A DNA stretch of 64,000 bases from an uncultured Chloroflexia bacterium (GTDB taxonomy: Bacteria > Chloroflexota > Anaerolineae > JAAYZQ01). The stretch spans positions 1,664,001 to 1,728,000 of the forward strand of contig CAVOXA010000010.1 of assembly GCA_963700285.1 (NCBI GenBank), in the 5' to 3' direction. Numbering within the stretch: the first letter of the stretch is position 1; each line of letters begins with the position of its first letter. The position numbers and the translations under genes are program-made. The notes beneath the pieces are model-generated. The model was not told where the DNA came from. It saw nothing but the letters and a program-made list of their open reading frames with translations, and ran no database searches. Positions 40,400-49,348 of this stretch are shown here, in pieces.

Positions 40400-42718
40400 C
40401 TACTGCACAAATGCGTCCATGAACTCCCCTATGAAACCACGGATTACCTGTATGACAGTCTCACTGGGAGATTGGGGCGCGTCTTCTGTTGTGGCAGCCG
40501 TTGGTGTTGGCTCCCCGGCAGGTTCGTCCACTGGTGGCACGTCCCCCTCGCGGACCTCGTAGGCCGTGCCGTCCAGCACGACGATGACGTGGTCGCCCAG
40601 GGCAAAGTAGCGGCCCCACTCGGGCTGGGCAGCGATGAGGTCGAAATAGTCATCTCCCCCAAAGCTTAGCGGTATGGGCTTCATCCGGCCGGGATCAAAG
40701 GTGGTATCGGTCCAGGCATCGCCCTGCAGGACAAAGGTTTTGGCGCCGACGTACTTGACAGGGCTGATCTCGTAGCCATATTCGTCGGTCTCGCCACCTC
40801 CCAGACCCGAAGGCAATGCCGCCGCTGGAGCCTCGGCTTCTGAAAGTACCTTTTCCTTGGCGCTCCGCTCGACAGCCTGGGCGCCGGAGGCAGGCGCTGG
40901 CATGGCAGTGGCCTGACTCCACATACTGTCGGCAAGGGCTTCCCGGCCTTCCTCGCGCAGCGCCATCTCGGTTTCCTCTACAAGGAACGAGGTGTAGGGA
41001 GTGATGATGCCATAACGGATGGAGAGATCCACGATCTCGTCGATCAACTCCCGCCCCTCGCCGTTGAGCCGGATCTGCTGCAGCAGGTAGCCGATCTTGC
41101 GTGTGGCCCACAGCCTGGCGATGAATTCCTCGCCGCCCTCGCGGTGGAAGGCCACGTCATCATACTGGAACCGCTGGCGCCGGTCGTTGACCTCACCCTC
41201 GAGGGTGATCTCTGCATCGCCGCCTTGGCGGTAGCGGCCAACGACGACCAACTGGTTGCCGGCAAAGAGGTCTGGCAGAGGGTAGGGGTAGATCTCCTCC
41301 GCATCGATCCGGCCAAAGTCGATCTCCAGATTGGCCAGCAACGGTGTGCTAACCTTGGCGTAGAAGTCTGACACTTTTTCATCGATCGCTTCCTCGGGGC
41401 GCACGTAACCGCTGGCCCCCCGTTGGTTCTGGGCGATTGTGTCGAGCAGGACAGTGTTCACATCGTAGCCTACGCCAAAGGGAAAGATGCGAGCATTTTC
41501 AGGCGCGGCGTTGCCCACGTTGTCGATAATCCGGTCCACATCCACCTCACCGGTGGTCGGCAGGCCATCGGTCAGGAAGATGAGGGTAGTAGGGCGCTGC
41601 TCACCGGCCATGGCCAGCGCCTCCAGCAGCGCGCGGTTGATGTCGGTCGAGCCATTGGCTTCCAGTCGCCTCACAAAGTCCTGGGCCTCGCGCCGCTCAT
41701 CAGCCGGCACCAGGCCGCGGGCATAGTGGCGGGTGCCAGTGCCAAAGGCGATGACGTTGAAACGGTCCTCCTCGTGCAGGCTGTCCAGTACAAAGTCCAG
41801 CGCCTCTTTGGCCTGGTCAAGCTTTTCGCCGCGCATCGAGCCCGAAACGTCAAGAACCAGGATCACATCCTTGGCGATGACCTGTTGGGTGTCGATCTCG
41901 ACGTTGGGGGCGGCCAGAAGCAGGAAAAAGCCATCGCCGCGGCCATCGGGCTTGTAGCTGAGGAGGTTCAGGCCTACGTCCTCCGGTGAGACGGTGTAGT
42001 ACAGGACAAAGTCCCGGTCGGGCTTGACGTCGTATTCCTCGTAGCCAACGACGGCGTTGTGGTCGCCCCGGCGTACGACGTCGACGTCGTGGCTCGGGCT
42101 ATAGATGGCCTTCAGTGGCGTGTTGTCACGGATGGTAACGTTGACCGTCACCTCTTCCAGGGGCCGGGGCGAGAACTTTTCGGTATTCAGGGGATAGACG
42201 TACTCCACCAGGCCGTTGTCCATGTCCAGCACCTGGCTATATTCCAGCTCGATACGTCGCTCGCCGCCCGGGGGAATGGGATAGATGCTGGCCTGGAAAG
42301 CGTTGCGACCCACGTACTCCAGCAGGGCCGGATCGCGACGCCGCCGGACGATCTCTTCGTAGATGCGCCGGGCCTCGTCCCGTTCGAGTACCTGGCCCTC
42401 CAGCTTTTCGCCATTTACCCACATGGCGAACTCGCTGATGGCTGCCTCCTCGGGCAAGGGAAAGATATAGATCCCCTCCACCTCGTGACGGCCTTCGTTG
42501 ACAAAGACCTGGTCCACGTGGGTGGTAGCCACCTGGTCCTCAATGGTGACCGTGACGCGGTGGTACCTGATGGTCAGATAGGGCACCTCCACGGTCGGGA
42601 CAGGCGGGACCGGCTCAGGGATGATGATCCCGTCGGCCAGTGCCGGGGCCGCGGATCCGATCAGAAGGGCCAGAACGATCAGAATCCCGAATACTACTTG
42701 CACTTCTTTGCCATTCAT
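40400..42718 (-). CDS. Secreted VIT + von Willebrand A domain protein
   Basis: Signal peptide, VIT (VDQVFVN..EGIYIFPLP..DPALLE), MIDAS LDVSGSM, FLTDG, RLWATRKI. Confidence 0.9.
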   Translation of the reverse strand: MNGKEVQVVFGILIVLALLIGSAAPALADGIIIPEPVPPVPTVEVPYLTIRYHRVTVTIEDQVATTHVDQVFVNEGRHEVEGIYIFPLPEEAAISEFAMWVNGEKLEGQVLERDEARRIYEEIVRRRRDPALLEYVGRNAFQASIYPIPPGGERRIELEYSQVLDMDNGLVEYVYPLNTEKFSPRPLEEVTVNVTIRDNTPLKAIYSPSHDVDVVRRGDHNAVVGYEEYDVKPDRDFVLYYTVSPEDVGLNLLSYKPDGRGDGFFLLLAAPNVEIDTQQVIAKDVILVLDVSGSMRGEKLDQAKEALDFVLDSLHEEDRFNVIAFGTGTRHYARGLVPADERREAQDFVRRLEANGSTDINRALLEALAMAGEQRPTTLIFLTDGLPTTGEVDVDRIIDNVGNAAPENARIFPFGVGYDVNTVLLDTIAQNQRGASGYVRPEEAIDEKVSDFYAKVSTPLLANLEIDFGRIDAEEIYPYPLPDLFAGNQLVVVGRYRQGGDAEITLEGEVNDRRQRFQYDDVAFHREGGEEFIARLWATRKIGYLLQQIRLNGEGRELIDEIVDLSIRYGIITPYTSFLVEETEMALREEGREALADSMWSQATAMPAPASGAQAVERSAKEKVLSEAEAPAAALPSGLGGGETDEYGYEISPVKYVGAKTFVLQGDAWTDTTFDPGRMKPIPLSFGGDDYFDLIAAQPEWGRYFALGDHVIVVLDGTAYEVREGDVPPVDEPAGEPTPTAATTEDAPQSPSETVIQVIRGFIGEFMDAFVQ

Positions 42719-43016
42719 CTCTTCACTTCTCCTCTCTGGTATACTCGGGGCCGCGTTACATCTAAAGGACGCCTGGGGAAGGCCACAAGTTCCATCTGCA
42801 GAAGTCAAGGCTGATGAACATAAGAGAGAGCCCTGTGAGGCGTAGCTCTCCGTGCAGGGCTCTCGGGTAGACGCTCAATCGGTTGGAAAAACAGGCGGCT
42901 CTGCCTCAAACCTGCTGGACTGTGGCCCAGCAGGAGCAAGCGGCTGTAGCCAGTATTCTTTGCCAGAGCAAGCCATCGCTGGCTTGTATATTAGATGGCT
43001 GAAGGCTGACTGCTCC

Positions 43017-43604
43017 TCACAGCCCAGCCAGCGGTAGCGCCTTCAGATCCACAGGCAGGCCAGCCACCATCAGGATGGCACGGTCTGCGATGCGGGCCAA
43101 GTACTGGTTGGCCCGGCCCAGGCAGTCGCGATAGGTACGGCCCAAACTGTAAGGTGGTACCACCCCCAGTCCAACTTCATTAGAGACGACGACGAGGTGG
43201 GCACCCAACTGGCGATAGGCCCCCAGCAATGCATCCAGCTCGGCCTCAACGGCGGCCCAGGCTGCCTCAATGTCCGGTTCTGGGGCATCTGGCCCGTCGG
43301 ATAGGATGGCATTAGATACCAGCAGGGTCAGGCAGTCCAGCAGGATCACGTCTACCTGCCCGGCATCAACCGAGGTACGCAGCGCTGCCCCAACGCTCAC
43401 GGGGGCTTCGAGCGTCTTCCAGTCCGGGGGGCGGAGAGACTGGTGGGCGGCCACCCGGGCGCGCATCTCATCGTCCAGCGCCTCGGCCGTGGCCACATAG
43501 AGCACGCACTGGCCCAGTTTGGGTGCCAGGGCCTCGGCATAGGTGCTTTTGCCGCTGCGGGCCCCACCCAGGATCAGGGTCAGGGTAGATTCAGCCTTTG
43601 CCAT
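43017..43604 (-). CDS. cobU: Adenosylcobinamide kinase / cobinamide-phosphate guanylyltransferase
   Basis: [38 protein letters not shown]. Confidence 0.95.
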   Translation of the reverse strand: MAKAESTLTLILGGARSGKSTYAEALAPKLGQCVLYVATAEALDDEMRARVAAHQSLRPPDWKTLEAPVSVGAALRTSVDAGQVDVILLDCLTLLVSNAILSDGPDAPEPDIEAAWAAVEAELDALLGAYRQLGAHLVVVSNEVGLGVVPPYSLGRTYRDCLGRANQYLARIADRAILMVAGLPVDLKALPLAGL

Positions 43605-44406
43605 TAACCACCTCGGCTACAAGCGACCGCGAGGAAAAGAAATCCTCTCGGCCAAAGACCTCCAGAGTGAGCACGCCGTCGTAGTGGCGAGCCAACAGCA
43701 GATCCAGCACCGGCGCGACCCGCTCCACACCAAGATGCAGCAGCGATTCGTGATCGTACGGTTGGGATCCTGAGACTTTGATGCCGTGCAGGTGTACAAC
43801 GCGCGTCCAGGGCAGGTAGCAGTCCAGGAAGGACACCGGGTCGCGCCCCGTGAGCCACAGGTGGCCGGCATCAACGCACAGGCCCACAGGCACCCGCTCC
43901 AACAGAGGCAGGAAATGCTCTGGAGCATAGTTCTCCAGGTTCTCGACGCACAGCCGCTGGGCGCCGCTGGCCAGTACGGCGAGCTGTTCCAGGACCTGGC
44001 AGGCATCCTGCTGCCAGTGGGTCACCGTGGCGGGGCTGGGGGCCCCCTCCACCGATTCGGTTCCACCCGCCACGGGTCGCCTGCCATCCAGGTGCAGAAC
44101 GTAGGCCCAGGGCGCCAAGTCGCGGGTACAGGTGATCACCTTTCCCGCCTCTTCCAGCGACTGTGGATGGGTCAGCGTCAGATCCAGCGGCAGATGGACG
44201 GTGTAGGTCAGGTTATGGGTTCTCGCCAGGGCATTCAGCTCAGAGACGGTGGCAGCATCGGGTAGGTTGGAGTAGCCGTCTACCTCGAACAGAACCAGCT
44301 CCACGTCATCCACCAACGGCCCCAGCCGGCGGACGTTGGGCAAGATTTCGGCCGGCCAGACGTAGGAGGTAGCGCCCAGCCGGTAGGGCGTGCCCAGTAC
44401 CGTCAT
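43591..44406 (-). CDS. cbiR: Cobamide remodeling phosphodiesterase (AP endonuclease 2/TIM-barrel family)
   Basis: [56 protein letters not shown]. Lies between cobS and cobU with an ATGA overlap. Confidence 0.8.
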   Translation of the reverse strand: MTVLGTPYRLGATSYVWPAEILPNVRRLGPLVDDVELVLFEVDGYSNLPDAATVSELNALARTHNLTYTVHLPLDLTLTHPQSLEEAGKVITCTRDLAPWAYVLHLDGRRPVAGGTESVEGAPSPATVTHWQQDACQVLEQLAVLASGAQRLCVENLENYAPEHFLPLLERVPVGLCVDAGHLWLTGRDPVSFLDCYLPWTRVVHLHGIKVSGSQPYDHESLLHLGVERVAPVLDLLLARHYDGVLTLEVFGREDFFSSRSLVAEVVNGKG

Positions 44407-45170
44407 GGCATGACCCCCTGGTAGGCCAGTATGGCCAGGGCCAGCAGGCCTACCGCCTCTGTCAGCTCGCAGATCGCTCCGTAAGCATCGCCCGTCAGCC
44501 CGCCGATCCTGGACTGGATCCACTGTGCTACCAGCAGGCCGGCAAGGGCCGCCAGCAGAAGCGGCAGCAAAGCGGTCCAGCCCAGCCCTGCCCACCAGGC
44601 CAATGCACAGGCCAGCAAGGCCGTGCCCGTGGCAATAACCAGTTGCCAGCGCCCCGCGCCGGTTTTCGCCTTCTGGCCCAATCCAGGCCCTGCTCGGGCA
44701 TAGGGGTACAACAACACCGCTCCGGTCATGCACCAGCGGGCCAGGGTGGGCACCAGGAGCAGGGACGGGAGGCGGATCTCTCCGGACAAAGCCGCCAGGG
44801 CGGCGTACTTGACCAGCAGCAGCAGCGCTACGCCAACGATGCCAAAGGCGCCGGCGTGGACGTCGCGCAGGATCTCCAGACGGCGCTCCCGCTGTACGGG
44901 AGCCAACAGGCCATCGCAGCAGTCGATAAAGCCATCCAGGTGAAGGGCGCCGGTTAGGGCTACCCAGGCGACAAGAAGTAAGGCCGCCGCCACTCCTTCG
45001 GGAAAGAGCCAGCGCAACCCCCAGTCCAGCCCGGCCAGGATGGCGCCCAGGACCAGCCCTACGGCCGGGTACCAGGCAGTTGCCTTCCCCCATGTAGCAT
45101 CGTCGAAGCGGTGGGTGCCGGGTACCGGCAGGATGGTGAGAAAGCGTAGGGCAGCCAAAAAGGGAAGCAT
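44403..45170 (-). CDS. cobS: Adenosylcobinamide-GDP ribazoletransferase (cobalamin synthase)
   Basis: FLTILP, TGALHLDGFIDCCDG, ILRD..GAFG, GGLTGDAYGA. Confidence 0.95.
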   Translation of the reverse strand: MLPFLAALRFLTILPVPGTHRFDDATWGKATAWYPAVGLVLGAILAGLDWGLRWLFPEGVAAALLLVAWVALTGALHLDGFIDCCDGLLAPVQRERRLEILRDVHAGAFGIVGVALLLLVKYAALAALSGEIRLPSLLLVPTLARWCMTGAVLLYPYARAGPGLGQKAKTGAGRWQLVIATGTALLACALAWWAGLGWTALLPLLLAALAGLLVAQWIQSRIGGLTGDAYGAICELTEAVGLLALAILAYQGVMP

Positions 45171-45174
45171 GAGT

Positions 45175-46239
45175 TCAGCCCTGCGGACCAGAGATGCCTG
45201 CATCGTCAAAGGTTGCCATTTCGGACAGGATTCGGCAGGCGGCCTCGACCAGGTGCATGGCCAGTACTGCGCCCGTGCCTTCTCCAAGGCGCAGATCCAT
45301 GTCAAGCAGTGGCTTCAGCCCCAAGGTCTGCCACAGGGCGGCATGACCCCGCTCCACTGAAAGATGTGAGGCGATGAGATAGGGCTTGACAGCCGGACAG
45401 AGGGCAGCCGCAAGGAGAGCGCCTGCCGCTGAGATAAAGCCATCCACGAGGACGGGCAGGCGATGGACCGCTGCTCCCAGACAGACGCCGGCGATGGCAC
45501 CGATCTCAAATCCGCCCACGGCGGAAAGAACGCCCAAGGGGTCGGAGGGATCGGGCTGATGGAATGCCAGCGCCCGCTCAATGGTTTCTATTTTTAGCGC
45601 CAGGCCAGCGTCATCCACACCGGTGCCCCGTCCGGTCACCTGTTCCACTGGAAGGCCAGTGTAGACGGCGGTGATGGCGCTGGCCGGGGTGGTGTTGCCG
45701 ATGCCCATCTCACCGGTGGCCACCAGGTCGAGACCCCGGGCTAACTCGTTCGTCACGATCTCAAGGCCGACCTCGAGGGAGCGGGCGGCCTGCTCGCGGG
45801 TCATGGCCGGACCCTGGGAAAAGTTGGCAGTACCTGGGGCGATCTTTCGATTTAGGAGGTCCGGATGTTCCGGAAGATCGCCTGCTACGCCGACGTCGGC
45901 TATCACGACGCGAGCGCCGGCCTGGCGGGCCAGCACATTGACGGCCGCTCCGCCGCGTAAAAAGTTGAGTACCATCTGGGTGGTTACTTTGGAGGGGTAG
46001 GCACTCACTCCCTCAGCCGCGATGCCGTGGTCTCCGGCCAGGACGATGACGGCCTTCCGATCCACGCGAGGCTGGGGCTGGCCGGTGATACCCGCCAGTT
46101 GGATGGAGAGGGCCTCCAGGCACCCCAAGCTGCCCTGGGGTTTGGTCAGGCCATCCTGGCGAGCCCGAGCGGCTGCCATCGCCGCTTCATCCAAGGGGGG
46201 GATCTGAGTACAGAGTTCGGTGATGGAATGTGTTGTCAA
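45175..46239 (-). CDS. cobT: Nicotinate-nucleotide-dimethylbenzimidazole phosphoribosyltransferase
   Basis: LTKPQGSLG.LE, AGDHG, GEMGIGNTT, GRGTG, LRLGEGTGA. Confidence 0.97.
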   Translation of the reverse strand: MTTHSITELCTQIPPLDEAAMAAARARQDGLTKPQGSLGCLEALSIQLAGITGQPQPRVDRKAVIVLAGDHGIAAEGVSAYPSKVTTQMVLNFLRGGAAVNVLARQAGARVVIADVGVAGDLPEHPDLLNRKIAPGTANFSQGPAMTREQAARSLEVGLEIVTNELARGLDLVATGEMGIGNTTPASAITAVYTGLPVEQVTGRGTGVDDAGLALKIETIERALAFHQPDPSDPLGVLSAVGGFEIGAIAGVCLGAAVHRLPVLVDGFISAAGALLAAALCPAVKPYLIASHLSVERGHAALWQTLGLKPLLDMDLRLGEGTGAVLAMHLVEAACRILSEMATFDDAGISGPQG

Positions 46240-47018
46240 ATCGGTCTCACCTCAAAAAAGAATCGTTGTTGAAAGCGCCGCAACAGGCGTACGACTGGGG
46301 CAGCGAACAGGAGCAGTAGCACAAAATTGCCCGCAGCTCGTGCCAGGTCCCACCATAGCGAAGTCACGGCGTAAAAGATGGCATAGCGCCGCAGGATCTC
46401 GACAAGGGGCAGGCCGGGCTGCCAATACATCTCGGACTGGCCGGGCGTGAACACGTAGGGCCAAAAGTAAACGTTCATCAACACCCCAAAGGCAAGGCCC
46501 AGGATCAGGCCCCAGACCGCCAGCATCAGGGCCTCGGCCAGAGGATGACCCTCTAGACGGGGCAGCCAGCCCGAGAGCAGCCCCACCCAGCCGGCGGCGA
46601 ACATCTGGTAGGGCAGCCACGGACCCACGCCAAAACCCAAGAAACCTGACACGGCCAGGGAAAAAACACCCAACAGAAAGCCAAAAGTCGGGCCGTAGAC
46701 GTAGCCACACAGGATGGGCAGGATGAAAACGAGGGTAAACCCGGCCGGCCCCGGCACGCCCCGCAGTACGGCGTTGGCCGCTGTCAGGACGCCCAGAACA
46801 GCGATCAGCTTGGCGTTCATCATGCCGGCCGATAGGCTGCTCAGGACCGCACTCAGGCACAGTACAACCAATACCACAAAGATGAGGGGCGCATCCTGGG
46901 CATGGGCCGCCGAGGTAAAGCCGTCCCCCTGTTGGGGCACGACGAAGGGATATAAGAATGCTCCCAGGCCAATCAGGCTGGCAACGGCGAGAATTGCGGC
47001 ATTCAGTACCTTCTGCAT
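46236..47018 (-). CDS. ECF transporter substrate-binding (S) component, probably cobalamin/corrinoid-specific (CbrT-like)
   Basis: Polytopic protein with G..FGFLLG and GVGPWLPYQMFAAGWVG, WDLARA. First gene after a B12 riboswitch. Confidence 0.85.
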   Translation of the reverse strand: MQKVLNAAILAVASLIGLGAFLYPFVVPQQGDGFTSAAHAQDAPLIFVVLVVLCLSAVLSSLSAGMMNAKLIAVLGVLTAANAVLRGVPGPAGFTLVFILPILCGYVYGPTFGFLLGVFSLAVSGFLGFGVGPWLPYQMFAAGWVGLLSGWLPRLEGHPLAEALMLAVWGLILGLAFGVLMNVYFWPYVFTPGQSEMYWQPGLPLVEILRRYAIFYAVTSLWWDLARAAGNFVLLLLFAAPVVRLLRRFQQRFFFEVRPI

Positions 47019-47082
47019 AGCAGTGCTTTAGCCCACCAAGAGATTTCCCGGTCGAGATACCGGGACCTCAATGCTCATATCT

Positions 47083-47114
47083 AACAAGAAACCTCCTGCC
47101 TTCTGGCAAGAGGT
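47083..47114 (-). terminator. Intrinsic terminator, expression platform of the minus-strand riboswitch
   Basis: Minus strand ACCTCTTGCC-AGAA-GGCAGGAGGT followed by TTCTTGTT. Confidence 0.7.
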
Positions 47115-47170
47115 GGTCAATGGCCCAAGGGCCATGCACCTACCACCTTTCCACGAAGGTTCACAGTGCG

Positions 47171-47393
47171 TGACCATGGCAGGCGGTCTGGCTTGAGTGG
47201 CAGTCAGTGATGAGGGGTCTGCAGTCAGACTGAACAATCTCTTTGCGACCCACGCTTGCTGTCTACGACTCTTACAGTTGCGGGACAGCGCCGGACTTGG
47301 CATATGCCTTGGCAAACACTGGTGCCAAGACACAGGTTCCACCGGCTTCCCCTCTTGGGCCCCGTGCATCCGGGCGACAGGGCACCATGGTCA
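47171..47393 (-). ncRNA. Cobalamin riboswitch controlling the ECF-S/cobT/cobS/cbiR/cobU operon
   Basis: Minus strand GGTGCCC..AGGGGAAGCCGGTG..AAGTCCGGCGCTGTCCCGCAACTGTAA..AAGCCAGACCGCCTGCC, P1 TGACCATGG pairing. Confidence 0.92.
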
Positions 47394-47414
47394 GCGGTTT
47401 TGAATTGGGGCACC

Positions 47415-47443
47415 AATATAACACAGCTACTGTGGACTGTCAA
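47415..47443 (-). promoter_or_regulatory. Sigma70 promoter (leftward)
   Basis: Minus strand TTGACA-17nt-TATATT. Confidence 0.7.
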
Positions 47444-47482
47444 GCTTTGTGAAAGACACGATGAATCGATGACAAGTCCGTT

Positions 47483-47511
47483 TTGACACGCCAGGCGCTT
47501 TGTGCTAGAAT
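47483..47511 (+). promoter_or_regulatory. Sigma70 promoter (rightward)
   Basis: TTGACA-17nt-TAGAAT with TG extension. Confidence 0.7.
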
Positions 47512-47550
47512 GCACACAGTTGTCGGCACTTTCCAACTGAATAGTATAGC

Positions 47551-47712
47551 TCAGCAGTGGTGCCCTAGGTCCGGATGCCAGGGCACAATGGCGAAGACCG
47601 GTGAGAGTCCGGCGCTGTCCCGCAACTGTAAGAGAGGCCGTACATGACACGTCAGCGGTGATGCAAGTTCCATCGTTGACCGCTTCTCAAGCCAGGACGC
47701 CCGCCACTGACT
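47551..47712 (+). ncRNA. Cobalamin riboswitch controlling the secreted-protein operon
   Basis: GGTGCCC..GAAGACCGGTGAGAGTCCGGCGCTGTCCCGCAACTGTAA..AAGCCAGGACGCCCGCC, P1 CAGTGG/CCACTG. Confidence 0.92.
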
Positions 47713-47805
47713 GTCCGCTATTGCTACCTTCGAGAGAAAGGGGGGCGCGGAGTATGGCACAACCATAAACCGATCCCCTTGTGAAGTGAAACAAGGGGAT
47801 TTCTC

Positions 47806-47837
47806 ATGCCCGGCGCTTTCGTCGGGCATCTTTCTTT
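47806..47837 (+). terminator. Intrinsic terminator, expression platform of the plus-strand riboswitch
   Basis: ATGCCCGGCG-CTTT-CGTCGGGCAT followed by CTTTCTTT, preceded by a second hairpin at 47773-47800. Confidence 0.7.
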
Positions 47838-47912
47838 GGTGGGACCAGGCGATGATCTGCACCATTGGCAATATGCAGACACAATTCAATCAGAGAATAG
47901 GAGACAGGCGAG

Positions 47913-49285
47913 ATGAAAACCACCAAGTCAAAGATCGGACTTTTGCTCACTGTAGTGGCTGCTACGGTCATCACGTTTATGGTGGCCTTAAGTGTTCAGG
48001 TGGGACCGACACAGGCGCAGGAAACGTCGCCGCCAGCGGCCGCGGCGGACAGTGCGGCCCATGTCATCATTCAGTTTGCCGATGGGGCCACTGCCGTCAG
48101 GCCCATCTCTTGGACGGGCACAATCTCTCGGGTCGTCGCGTTGGAGCTGGCTGGGTTTGAGGTCGAGAAAAGTGGCGACGCAGTGTGCAATATCGAGGGG
48201 GAAGGTTGTCCGGCCACCGATTGTTTCTGCGCCGACAACCTATGGGCACAAGGAATATGGGCGGGCATGGCCTGGGATGGTGCCGCTTGGCCGCCGCCTG
48301 ATCTGAGGGACGGTGACGTGGTAGCCTTCCGGAATGGGACACAGGCAGACTACAGCGATTGGGGCTTGACCGGTAGACTATCGGGCGCCCCAACCTATGT
48401 TGCTGCCTCGGATGCGCTGGAGTGGATGCGCGCCCAGCAACAACCAGATGGGAGCTACATGGACAGTTTTGGCAAGATAGGCGCCTCGGCTAGAGCCCTC
48501 GTGGCGCTAGGCTCGGCCGGCTACGATCCTGCCGAGTGGGGGGATCCTGATCTCCTCAGTTTCCTGACCGTGGTGTCCAAGACCCAGACTGCCGAGTATG
48601 CCGCTGCGTCGGCCGCGGGGGCTGGCAAGCTGGCCCTGGGCGCAGCCTGGACCCAGCAGCCGGTGACTGACTTTGCTGGAATCAACCTGCCGATCAGCAT
48701 CACGACCTACTATAGCGACACCACCGGCGCCTATGGCGTTGGTAGCGGTGACACGGCCTGGGCGGTGTTGGGCCTTTCCGCTGCTGAAGAAGAAATCCCG
48801 GCCAGGACGGTCAAATTTCTTGAAGGAGTGCAGAACGACGATGGCGGATGGGCCTGGAATGAATGGGGAGCCACGAGCGAGACGCAGCATACGGCCGCTT
48901 GTGTGCAGGCTCTGCTGGCTGCGGGTGAACCGATGACCTCTACCGCAATCAGCAAGGCGCTGGTGTTTCTCGAACGGGACGTGGAATGCCAATGGTGGAT
49001 TCGCCTACACGCCACCGGGCGACAGCGATGTCAGTTCGACCGCGTACGCGCTCCAGGGTTTCCTGTCTGCTCGGAGAAGAGCCAGCGGGCAACTGGTGCA
49101 CCAGCATCCAGAGTAGATACCTGCTTGCCCAACAGAAAGCCGATGGCAGCTACCCGAGCTTTTCGCCCCTGTATGCCACCCAGGAGACGATCCCGGCCTT
49201 GATGTACCAGCCCTACGGACGAAGAGCGGCATGGAGCTTCAATTGCTATGAGAGCTATCTGTCAATGGCCTTTGGACCGCAGTAG
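47913..49285 (+). CDS. Secreted protein with DUF4430/transcobalamin-beta-like N-domain and prenyltransferase/squalene-cyclase-type alpha-barrel repeats; putative corrinoid-binding; frameshifts at ~48972 and ~49072
   Basis: Signal peptide, VCNIEGEGCPATDCFC, QW-like repeats QQQPDGSY, QNDDGGW, NANGGF, QQKADGSY. Follows a B12 riboswitch. Confidence 0.75.
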
Positions 49286-49296
49286 CGGACGTTCTT

Positions 49297-49332
49297 CCGG
49301 TTCCGGCCCGGGTCAGCCTGGACCGGAACCGG
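49297..49332 (+). other. Intercistronic hairpin
   Basis: CCGGTTCCGG...CCGGAACCGG. Confidence 0.55.
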
Positions 49333-49348
49333 GTAAGTGGAGGGCTAG

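Noticed and set aside
44407-45093. 500-aa version of the cbiR ORF
   Set aside because: The upstream part is an alternative frame of cobS. The real start is the ATG at 44406 overlapping the cobS stop.
47913-49285. Squalene-hopene cyclase / terpene cyclase
   Set aside because: It has QW-like repeats but is secreted, short, lacks DxDD and is B12-riboswitch controlled.
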